Shown: positions 14,201-26,200 of the stretch, piece after piece
Layout of the letters: each line of letters opens with the position of its first letter
Position numbering within the stretch: the first letter of the stretch is position 1
Notes under the pieces: generated by a model
Seen by the model: the letters and a program-made list of their open reading frames with translations, nothing else
Told to the model about the DNA's origin: nothing
The model's database searches: none
Position numbers and translations under genes: made by a program
Assembly: GCA_002633005.1 (NCBI GenBank)
Contig: NMRA01000032.1
Location: forward strand, 538,911-602,910
Direction of reading: 5' to 3'
DNA: 64,000 nucleotides
From: Phoronis australis
Taxonomy: Eukaryota; Animalia; Phoronida

Positions 14201-17200
14201 GTCCAGCACCTTAACCACTACGGACAATGTATAATAAAAAATTGCACCATGATGACTGTACCACATATCCGTGCTCGTTCTTTTAAGAACGCAGGAACAC
14301 CTGACGATGGCCGGAGAATAGACCGACCGAAACGTCGTGTCAATGTAAATAGAGGTCGGTGTATGAATAGACCACGGAATTCGAATAATAGTTGTAACAC
14401 GCCACCACCTCAGAGCGGTTTTTGAAAGTCAAGAAAATCATACGTGTACTGACATTAGGTGTGACTTCATTCAAATTGCTATTTATTAAAGAAGAAGCTT
14501 TCTTTTTTCGATTGTAAGATTTAAACGGCTCCCATTTCTTTCACAGGGAGTATCCATGAAAATCACCCTGAAACACAAATGCATTGTAAAATAATATTCA
14601 TTGAATTAAACGTGAAAAAACTAAAAGATAAACAAAACTGAACAACAATTTGTAGGTTTTTTATCCGTCACGTTTGTAATTTTTTAGCGAATCTAGTGGT
14701 GACAAAAGCGCGATTCTCAGCCGCACGTCCTATATACACTCGCGTATTGCACTACCTTTGAAGTACCCTCGGGTTGAGCGTTTCTTCCTGTAAGCATCAA
14801 AAACTCCATGCATTTCTTAGTACGAGATATATACTGACACTAGATCTTCCTCCTGCCAATGAAAAACATCTGGTGCAGCATTTGGCAAATGACGTGTTTC
14901 TCAACTGCACTCATTACAATCTTGCCTCTAAAAGACTACGTTAAAGACACGCCGTTGAACAATGAAAATCCAAAGTAAGTACTTTTTTGCGCACGAATAC
15001 ATAAAATACTACGAAAATGCAAATTTGCATGCATTATTTTGCGGCCGATGCGGGCACATGGAAATGAACCATTTCGTTTCAACCGTAAATTAGTCTTGAA
15101 AAGCACACACATGCGTGAAATATGTTTAAGAGCTTCAAATGCCTTTATTGACTAAGCAAACAAATTTTCAATGAATCTTAATCGCGTACATGTACTTATC
15201 GCTAGTATACGAGAAATCAGTGACAAACAAACCCAGTCAATAGTGAATTCACTTGAAGATGGCGACTGGAACGACCCACGTTACTAACGACCCTAGCAGC
15301 GAAATAAACGTGAAGTTTCCCATTTTTGGCAATGACTTTCGGGGGGATCTGACTCCCACCATTGTGCACTTTGTGACACAATGTAGTTTTTACGTTTGCA
15401 TCTGTCTCTTCCGAGATCCTTGTCGGATTTTCATGAAATTTGCAAATAGGATTTTAATAAAGAAACGAAGACATTTTCCATTCGGGACGGATTTAACATA
15501 TTCTGCATCACCTAGTTTCGATTTTCTCTGGCATCTTCTTTTATCACCAAAGAACAAAGAATCGTTATGAAAACTGGAAGATGTTTTGGTAATTCTCGAC
15601 TGGTCTGGCACACCCTAGTGATTCGACAAGTTTAATTATATATATTGCATGATGCTAATAGACCCAGAAACATACAGCTTGGGGTACAATCGCGGGCGAT
15701 GCTCTTTTTGAAATTAGTCTCATAGCTGGCAACAACTTTTGCGAGGCATTTACTTTTCCAAGCCAAACTCGTTATCATTTTAAAGACGTTATAAATCTTC
15801 AAGGTGCGAAGTCTTGTTTCCAAAAATAGCCACTGAACGATTACATCCCGAGCAACTGAACATTTTGTGTTTCGTCGACACATTTTAGCTACACATCCGA
15901 CTTAAGCCATTACTTCAATAATTCTCAATCTTATTTAGATCTTTTTGAATTGTTTGATGAAACCGTATAGGCCTAATTCATAATATAATTCAATATTGTG
16001 AAGACGAATATGTTGTACACCTGTTAGACTTTAACTGTAATGCTTTAAAAGGGAAAGTATAAATTTGATCTACCAGTATGGGCGGCGCTTTTTCAATGCT
16101 GGGCCGCCCATGACCAGTAAATTAGTTCTAAAATACTTGTAGCCCCACGCAACGCTAACTAGGTCAGGTCGAAGTCGCCAACTTCAAACTCGAATAGATC
16201 GGTTTAGCAGTGGCGCATCTTCCCGTTTACGCTTCTGTAGGATCCTAAAATGTCCCACATTTGGCTAACTTCTACAATAGCCTAAAGGTGACATTGAAAT
16301 GACAATTATTACATTTTCATGGAATGAATTTTTACGAAAAAATATCTCCTTGTGTCCGTTGATAATAGTATTTTTTTGTAACCATTTTAAAAGAAATCAA
16401 TGTCATCTTTGGGCACCGTAAACTTAAGAACGTGATATCTCGGACAAATGAATGTATTTATGTAAAGCTTTCACATGTGCTATGATTTTTTAAAGTCTCC
16501 ACTTTTGTATGAGTGGCAATCAGAAATAATTTTTTTATGAAACACTCAAAAGCAGCGTAAAGGGAAAGCAAAATGGTGTTTTATAAAACTGTAACAGAGT
16601 TTTGAAGATTTATCTTGAAAACTTTTTTCTAGAAACGCGACCATGTTATTAATTTCGTTCTTGTGCCGAGAATGTACCTTTCTGTTTTGCTAAAGTGTAC
16701 ATGACCCAAATAAGGTTAGATTATACACAGTCAGAAATCAAAGTTTACAAGTTTTTTGCTTTCCGGACATATGCTGTACATACTTTACACAGTTGATTCT
16801 ATATCTAAACGCCCAAATTTGTCGATAAGGTTCAACAAATCCTTAAACAATCAATGGTTAGTTTCAGTCGGTCCATGGCCGTGCCTCTATACTCTAGCTT
16901 CGGTCCCCTGAACCCCAGTCGCGAACCAGTCAGCACCAAGTCAGCGGTATCAATTTCTAAGCCCATCCTCACGAAATCACACCATACCCTCCTTTCCCAC
17001 CCGCCGCATTGGTCCGGGTGAGGAATATTCTACCCCACAAATCGCGGTCAAGTTCGACACTGTCTCTTCGAGAGAAAAATCTAATCAAAATGACGCGCTC
17101 CCATTGAAAATACACGAAACGAAATCTCGTGAGATTTTGCTTTTTTAGGGAGATGCTGGCGTTACTAGAGCTTTATCCTGGTTATCTTGTATTCATCTAT

Positions 17201-20200
17201 GGCAGCTGAAGTAGGGTATAGTGATTCTCCGAAGCTGGTGCAAAGCACCTATTGTTCCCTGCCCCCGCAGCTCAGATACGATGTCGGTGCACAGTTTATT
17301 TTCTCTTACACGCTGTTCTTTCCTCACGGACACATATAGCCAGCATAAATTATTGAACACATAATGAATTCAGAAGCATTTTACTGTATCCGGACTAAAT
17401 ATTTTATTTTTGTTCTAATTGCTAAAAGGCGTAAGCTGTGGAAGGTTTTGTTTGAAACTAGTAATCGAAACTGGGAGGAATGGTGGAAACTTGTTTACGA
17501 GTAGAGTCTTTTCACAGCTGATTTGCGCGTATGTGCGAAGTAGACGGAGAGAAGGGGCTGACGTGCGAGGTATAGATTAGTTTCCTCGGGCTGGGAATAA
17601 TGTGCAGGAGCAGGTTGGTTTGTTTACGAAAAATGGTCCGAGAGGGGAATATGCGCAACGGAGATGGAAATTATGTAGGATATGCGAAGCGGACCGAAAG
17701 AAGAGACCGTAGTGCGATCTTATTTTCACGGGCAGGGAGTACTGTGTTGGAGCAGGGCGGTTTATCTGCGGAAAATGTTCTGGGGGGAATATGCTAAAAT
17801 ACAAGTAGGAGTAGCTTGCGACAAAATGCAGAGAATTTTAGGTGTCTTGGTGTGTCCACGGCAGTTGAAAGTTTCGTTTCCGTGTATAAAGTAGTAGAAC
17901 GAGAATAAGAGATGAAAAGCATATGTAACCTTTGACCTCTGTCGATGACATAATACCGAGTATTATTTTGGCTATAGGACTCATACACCATTGCTTTTAC
18001 CCTTCTAGGAAGGTTAAAGTTGCCGTATTAACGAAAAAAAAACAAAACGTTCCAACTCAAAACGTAGACCAAAACAACGGTTTTCAATGTGGGGACGTTA
18101 CAACTCCAAAGCGAAGTCTCGTGCAGCAGTTTTTAACGTTCTGGCTTGCATACATGTCTTATAGACCTTTCACACTCTTGAAATAGTGTAGTACCATTTC
18201 CCTAACTAAATTTATTCTCACGTGATGATGATAACGGAAGCGTCACTGATCTCATGCACTTCGTATCAATTGTGCCATTTTCACATGCTCCAGGGTTCAT
18301 GGGAGTCAACTGTGAAACAGACGTCAACGAGTGTGTGTCGTCTCCCTGCGAAAATGGCGCCACCTGTAACGATTACATCAACGGCTACCGCTGCCATTGT
18401 GCAGATGGCTGGGAAGGAGTAAATTGCGAGGTGAATACACGAGTCGATATAGTCATGACATGTTAGCAAACTTAAACCTCAAATCTACATTTCCCTCTGT
18501 TTAGCTGGCAGTTGGACCTTTTAGACTCATAAAATAGTTCTAATAATATCTCTTAAGGATTCTGCTTCCGTCACTCAAATCACAATGCTTGCAAACGCCA
18601 TTTTCGGACTCGCTATTTGAGGGTTGTCCAACCCCAATAGGGCTTCTTGAGTCGCTGGTGGCTTCGATGTTCTAGTTGGAATGACATTCCTTCAAAACCC
18701 AGGTTCATAGTTTTTTTTAATTAATTTCGTGTGTGCTGAGTTTTCTAAAATTGACCACCAATTCTAAATGAATGTATATTTCTAATCCTTCAGGGTCTTG
18801 GAAAGATATTGCATGCAGATAAATAATGCATTTGATCGTCTGTGATCGCGCAAAGATTCTTGATCACTCTGAAATTAAACCTTAGCATCTGAACACCAGG
18901 CCTGCGTTCGTAGACCCAAGGATCTCACGAAAACGCAAGATGACGCGTGACTTCGAGAGATATTGATACGCATTATAAACGAAGCAGGCGGTCGCAATTA
19001 CTTTCCTGCATGTTTAGTTTATTCTGTGCTATTACGGTTCCCCTAACGTACATTTGCTATACCTGGAAAATATAATGTGACGTGGACGGCTCGGCAAAAA
19101 GCACACATTGGCTCTGCGTTCGATTCAGTAAACATAATGTCTTACTCGCTATGAAACACAGTCTGTATCCATCATTTTGTATTTGCTCAGTAAAATGTAG
19201 AACCGGGATGCTGGATATCGAGATCGAGGCTTGGTTTCCTATAGATTTCGAGATCTTCACGTAATTTTCCGAAGAGTCTCCAGTCAAAATGACGATATCA
19301 ATTCAAGATTAAGTCTGGTTCTCGAGTTCCCGAGACGATGAAAGAAGAAATACAAGATCCCTTATATAGTAACCGACACAAAATACATCTAGCATTGCAT
19401 GATAACATGTCAACATCATTGCTTTTGGCAGATCAATGTTGACGAATGCAAGAGCAATCCTTGTCTTAATGAGGCCACCTGTGTGGATCAAATAAATACG
19501 TTCAGATGCGTCTGTTCGCCTGGCTTCATGGGAGTGAACTGCGAGGTGAATATTAACGAGTGCGCGTCCGCTCCGTGCCTAAATGGAGGAAACTGTTCTG
19601 ACGGCATCAACGAGTATACGTGCCATTGCAAAGACGGGTTTAAGGGTCAAAAGTGCGAAATCAATGTTGATGAATGCTTATCCGCACCATGTCTGAATGG
19701 CGGTGTTTGCAAGGACGCCATTAACAGATACACGTGCACATGCGCAGCGGGATTTTCAGGCCCAAACTGTGAGGTCAACATCAACGAGTGTGAGTCTGCT
19801 CCATGCCAAAATGGCGGCTCTTGTATTGATGGCATTAACAGTTACACCTGTGGTTGTGTCCCTGGGTTTTCCGGTATTCACTGTGAAGTTAACATAAACG
19901 AATGCGATTCCGCACCTTGTCAAAATGGAGGGTCCTGCAAAGATGGCATAAATCGCTATGAGTGCAAGTGCCCGCAAGGTTACGCTGGTATTCATTGTGA
20001 GATTGACATCGACGAATGTTCAAGTTCACCATGCTTGAATGGCGCAACCTGCACAGATATGGTCAATGGCTATAGATGTCAGTGTGCAACAGGATGGAAG
20101 GGGACGCACTGTGATTGGCAATCGTGCGCCATTAACAGGTCTGTATGAACGAATAGATTAATGAATTTGAAGTATTCTGCCTAAGGCACATAGCTTTCAA

Positions 20201-23200
20201 AAATTGTCTGTACTTTTTTAACAAGGTTATTTTTTAATATTTTGTGGTTAGTGTCAATTTAAATTTACATCGAATGGTTTTCTGTAAATATCTGGCGCGT
20301 ACGCGTGGCGAATTTCGTGAGAATCCACAGGTAAATGCGCACTAGAAAATCAACGTGTAGGGAATTTTCGGAAACAGACCCCGCATATAGGCCCATGAGT
20401 AACAGTGTCACGACGTGACTTTCTTTCAGACAATTAAAACAAGCGTTGCATGTACACCAAGTGACTATTGCTGCGTGAAGCCACGTGACTTTAAACAAAC
20501 TATGAGACTAATGTGATTACATAATACCAGAGGCGGGCTGTCAACAATCTCTGGACAGTAGTCCTTTGAAATTCATTGTGCGAACGGTCTTCATGTTCTT
20601 TGTATAATTACGACCCAGGCCTCCGACTCACCGAGACCACCCTCACACCGGCACATCACTGTCGTCAAGTACTTCCTTGTACGACCCGGGCTTCCGACTC
20701 ACCGAAACCACTCTCACACCGACACATCACAGTCGTCACGTATTTTCTTGTACGACCCAGGCCCCCGACTCACCGGCCGAGACCACCCTCACACCGACAC
20801 ATCACGATTGTCACGTACTTCCTTCAACGATCCAGGCCCCCGACTCGCCGAGACCACCCTCACACTGTCAAGGTCANCCGACTCATCGAGACCACCCTCA
20901 CACCGGCACATCACGGTCGTCACGTACTTCCTTGTACGACTCAGGCCCCCGACTCCCTATGACCACCCTGTTTTAATTTTTGTCTAAGACCGAAGACTGC
21001 AAATTGTCTTTGTGATCTGTCTGTTTCCGAAGTTTCTTGTTCGGTGTCAACTGAGCTCGAAATTTGGGCTTAACTTCTTGGTCTTTAGACTTGGTTTTAA
21101 GTCACTTTTCATGAAACGGGCGCTTAGACAAATAACATCATGCATTTCACTATTCCCGTTGATGAAATTTTGTAACAGAACAAATCCAAGGCTCTAATCT
21201 CCAAATTCAGACCCGATTCCATTTTAATATATGCGACGTGTAGTAGTGCCGTCCCGGGTTACACAGCGATAGAACTCAACCTTTTGACCCCGAGGTACGA
21301 CAGCGCATTGTTTTCATTGGCCTCGTTTTGGAACACCAGTCGCATTTTCACAGTTCATGATGGAAACTGAAGTTAACGTCACGCATCCACGGATATTTTT
21401 CAAGTTTACCCTCACTGAAATGCGCACTCGACGTATTGCCGTGCCAGTATACCAATCGTAATATGTGCTTCGACGTTTTACTCTTTTTCAGATGCCAAAA
21501 CGGAGGTACTTGCGGAGATACGTCGACCGGTTTCATTTGCTCGTGTGCCACTGGTTGGGAGGGCGCCATGTGCGAACTGAATGTGAACGACTGCGTCTCA
21601 AGACCATGTCAAAATGGCGGAAAATGCATTGATCTTCTCAATGACATAAGCTGTAAATGTGAAAGTGGTTGGAAAGGTAATGACATTTTGTTTGATAACG
21701 AATCGTAGTAGCAAAATTACGGATTCGTATGCGCTTTGTTTAAAGGTAGCTACACGTCGGTCTACACGTTGTATATGCATATTTAAATCCTTCGATGAAG
21801 TCATAAACTTTCAACTCGATTAAATAAAGATAGATGGCGCTGTGTCTTCCCTTATGTGTAATTAGGAACTCTTACTCGCCATGTAAAAGAACCAAACCAT
21901 GGATTCCGCCCCGATAAGCACAAACCAAAACAAGGATTTTCAAAGACGGCGTATTGCATGGGACTAACCGTTGTTGCATGTGCGCGTAAATGCATTGAGT
22001 TACATTGATTTTGATAGTCAGAACAGCGGTCTAAGTCAGAGAATATTTCATTACTATCAAACTTGATACCAGTTTGTTGAGCTAGGCCTAGTTTCATATC
22101 TAAACAATGCGAACGAAATAAAAGCTGTTTTAATGGGACACTAAACCCGTATTTTATCAAAAAAGGTTATTTTGCCTGAGCGACAGTATGTCCGTCAGAC
22201 GGTGTTCACGACATATATTGTCACCTCCGCCACAAAATGACAAATCCAACACTTCTTGTAAGTCCATAGCCAAGTTTTCTCTTGAGATTAAAAGAATTGC
22301 TTAGAATTACCCAATTTCTGTCTGGATCGTGGTGTTGTGCCTAATTCAATTACACATAGTAAACAACAGCTAGAGCAGGTTAAAAGCATAACTCATTGTG
22401 CTGGTTCCATGACTTTCACTCTTCAATTAATGTAACTCCTCTCATAGTTGGGCATTTTTTTTCCTTCAAAATTGCTGAAAATAATTTCCTTTAGAGGAAG
22501 CCATAAACAACTTTGTCGTGTCCGTGGAAGCACGAATTTAAAACTTGGACATCTGAGACGCATATTAATTGTCTCTCGCTGAGGGATCAGGCTCAAAACC
22601 TGAAGTGCTGACACAATGCAAGGCTGATCGTTCCCGAACGTAGTGAACAAACCCAGGTCACTCTTTCAGGAGAAAACATGGCACTGCGTCCAAGCAATAA
22701 AAGCTGACGATGCTGACGGCAGATGTTTTCACTTATCGCAAGATATTGTCGCTCAGGCTCTAATATTTGTCGAGTACGACAATATACATGTCAAAAAATT
22801 CATGTCAAGAGTATAATTATTGAGCTATCACTTTTTCATGCTTTCATTGCTTTGTTGAAACTGCGATAGACATTCGGGCAGCTAGAAACGGTCTTGTCTT
22901 TGTAGGTAAATTCTGCGAGATCAAGACATGTGCAACAAATCCCTGTGAGAATGGTGGAAATTGTACGGACACTGCGAATGGTTATCAATGCAAGTGTGTC
23001 GGAACCTTCCAAGGACGGAACTGTGAGATAAACCGGCTGTCCTTTATCAACGACTGTCTCTCTGGGCCATGTCAGAACAAAGGTGTTTGCGTAGATAAGC
23101 TGGGCGGATTCGAATGTAGGTGTCCAACCGGGTGGCAGGGAGATAAGTAAGTTTAAAACCCTGGAGGTTAGTTGCCCAATATTTTTTCCCATTTATCAAC

Positions 23201-26200
23201 TGTGGTGATCTATGTACATAGTCTTTCTGTGATATGAGTCAGACTAATAAAAATGCTAATTATCTATTATGAAGTTGCAGACATTTTATAATTGCATAAC
23301 AGCCATGGAATGGTGCCCAGATAGTATAGGTAAAGGAAAGGTCGATCGTGTTTTTTACAGCGATATTGCTGCAGTATTTGCACACAGGTTGTTTAAATGC
23401 TGATTCTTGAACTTTACTTCATTTGCAAGCTTATTGTGCGTGGTCTTATCACAAGGAACATTCCAAATATTTCAAAGTTGTGCGAAGTTTACCATTCGAT
23501 GGTTTTTAAAATGAAATTCTGTGTAACCTTGGAAAACTCCCGATGTGCTCTTTCAGATGTCAATACCCAACGTGTTGTCAGAACAAATGCAAAAATGGCG
23601 CCTGTGCAGATCACGCGACAGGGTTCACGTGTTCCTGTGATCCGGGATGGGAAGGAACGCACTGTGACGTCGACATTAACGAGTGCGCAGGCGCGCCGTG
23701 CAAAAACAGAGGCCAGTGCATTGACTTGGTAAACGGGTTTATGTGTGTTTGTACCAACAACTGGGAGGGCAAGACCTGTGAGGAGAATCCGGTTATTAAA
23801 AACGGTAACTGTCAACATTCTATGCACAATTTTTACTTGAACTTGATTTGACGTTAGTACCAACGTGTATAAAAGGCCTTTTCACCTCTACCTACACTTT
23901 AATCATGAAATAGATTTATTTTCATAATAAAACTAGGATGAAAATCTAACACAGTGGTCTCTGACTTTATCTTTGCCATGAAAGTTGGTTTATGCCTCTT
24001 TACAAGTTAAAAAATGAAATATCACAACGGCTGGTACATAGCATGAAGAGGGCGGCCAAATATGTCGATCTTGTTAAAAGTGTTGGCTAATAATACTTTT
24101 TTCCATATTTTCTCAGTGATTTGTTTGGGATGGGTAATCCTTTTCAATCGTATTAAATGTGGATGAGTTACACGATTCATATTTTACTAAAAAGGAGATT
24201 CCATGTAAGACCTTATCGACAGGTTTGTGTATTTAGCCATATATCTGTATAAAAATTATAAATTTTAACTCAGTGGATTACATGTTTTCTGAAATTGGAA
24301 AGCTTGTAAATTTTTGTTCTTGACTTAACATCAATGTACCGTCGGTTGGCTCACGTGAGCATACATTTTCGGTAGAATTTATCAAAAAAAGAAAAAATCA
24401 TTCAAAGCAAATCCACGGTAGCAATAAGACGACCAACCTTCATTTGATATAAGTGTTCGAGATGAAATCTCAAAATCGCTGTTAAAATTGTCTTAATTAT
24501 AATTTCATTTTGGCGTTTTTTCTAGAAAATCATTACAGTCTAGTCCATTCAGCATTGTATCTAGGACTGACATAAACTCAATCAGTCCTTTCTGAGACAT
24601 ACTTTTCCGAAGTGGGTCAAATTCGGAGTCCAACGTTTTTCCAGGGTCCTACATAGATAACCTTAAACAGGTCTTCAGCGGTGTTCCTTGTGCAAATTAT
24701 TCCTTATTTTATATACTAATTAAGCAGACTTCCACGCCCGATTGCTTCTATTTTTTCTTTTGCTGGCTTTGTTTTTGTGTATTCTCAGTGCCTATCAGTT
24801 TTTTATCACTTTCATTTTGGATGAAGTCCGCAGATCGGGTGGTCGTCGAATAGGGCCGCCACGGATTAAACAGCGACACTCGAATCTCGCTGTATTTAAC
24901 CACAATGCTTTAACATCCGTCAGGCACGTTTGATGCCTCGTTTTGGTGCCACTGGAATTTCACATCCTATTTCTTATTTTCTGATTCTTTACAATTTTTT
25001 TAGGTTGCATTCCTCTATTGTGGGCTGCAACTAATTAGTTTCCAAAGCTGAAACCATCTAGTTATAGTTGATTTGTGTTGATAGGCTGATATATGGATTA
25101 GTCAGAGTTCCTTTAAACTTCACAAAAGTTGAAGAATATGGACGGAAAGTGTGACGTCACCGTACTGGGGTAGTCTAAGAGAGTCCGTTTTCTTCGAGCT
25201 GGAATTCTGCAAAATTAATCCTATTACTTATTCTCAAGGTATTCCTGAACAGATACAAAAACTACAACATTTCAAACCGTCTCTGTAGATGCGTTCATTT
25301 TTTTTCAGCTCGATACGTGTGCTCCACTGGTGATGGCGTCGACTTTCAAGTGTGCCGTCACAGCGAGCCATACTGCCAGAACTCTGTTACGCGCAACAAA
25401 GATGGTTCCTTGAAAACACAGAGACGGTAATGGTTGTCTGCATGTTGTGCTCATTAATTAAAGACTGTTATTTTTAAAATGTGATATTCCTAGTGGGATT
25501 ACTGTCCTAGAAGTAATCGTTGTCGTCGTTCTCACTACCGGGGTGGTCATGGTCGTCAGTGGCATTGTTATTATAGAAAAACGGACAAAAAACAGCTTCA
25601 CCTGCCGCCACTGCCGCCGCCGTCAAAGCGGCGACAAATCCGTCCTCAATCGTAGAAACTAACTTTTGTCTTATATATCGGTAGAACAATGGTCTCAATT
25701 TGTACCTCACTCAGATTTGAAGCATTTTTGATCTTGTAAAAACTGATAGCTCGTTATTGCTCGAAACTGTACGGAAACTGATAAATATTGTATCGAATGA
25801 GCGTGGTGAAGTCGTCTGCATAATGATGGGAGAGGGGGGGGGGGGGGGTTGCAGGAAATNTTGAGAAATCTGAAGAACTGCGTGCGGGCAAAGACGAATA
25901 GATTGCTGCAATGTTTAGTGTGGATAAGTTCCTTGTAGGAGTCCAATGTCTTCTGACGGGTGGTTTAGTTCGTCGTAAAAATGACGCGGCGAAGATCCCT
26001 TTCCAACAAGGGCGTAGTAGTCACCTCAGCAATGTTACACATGCTTTTAACACTATTTTAGTACCGTTAAAGTCACTCTCTGTGGGTTGTTTCTCGAAGT
26101 CTGTTGTCGTTTTACGTCATGCTAAAAGTCACTTTACGGATGTCTTAGGTTGTTTTTCGAAGCCATAAGACAGAAATCCATAACCTGCTCGGGAGCTAAC

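Larger units (their letters stand above)
13980..14395. mobile_element. tRNA-headed, hammerhead-containing Penelope-related non-autonomous element with inverted partial copy
   Basis: Imperfect inverted arms ~13985-14156 and ~14221-14395 around a tRNA-like core; each arm carries a minimal hammerhead motif. Confidence 0.7.

Noticed and set aside
19399-20148. Notch, Delta/Serrate or Crumbs orthologue
   Set aside because: No DSL, LNR, ankyrin, laminin-G or TM segment in the spliced product; no gene symbol assigned.
20576-20987. CRISPR array or Pro/His-rich coding repeats
   Set aside because: Contiguous tandem units without unique spacers in a eukaryotic intron; ORFs are by-products.
22670-22707. 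Extra exon after TTTCAG acceptor
   Set aside because: In-frame TGA within 13 codons in the required phase.
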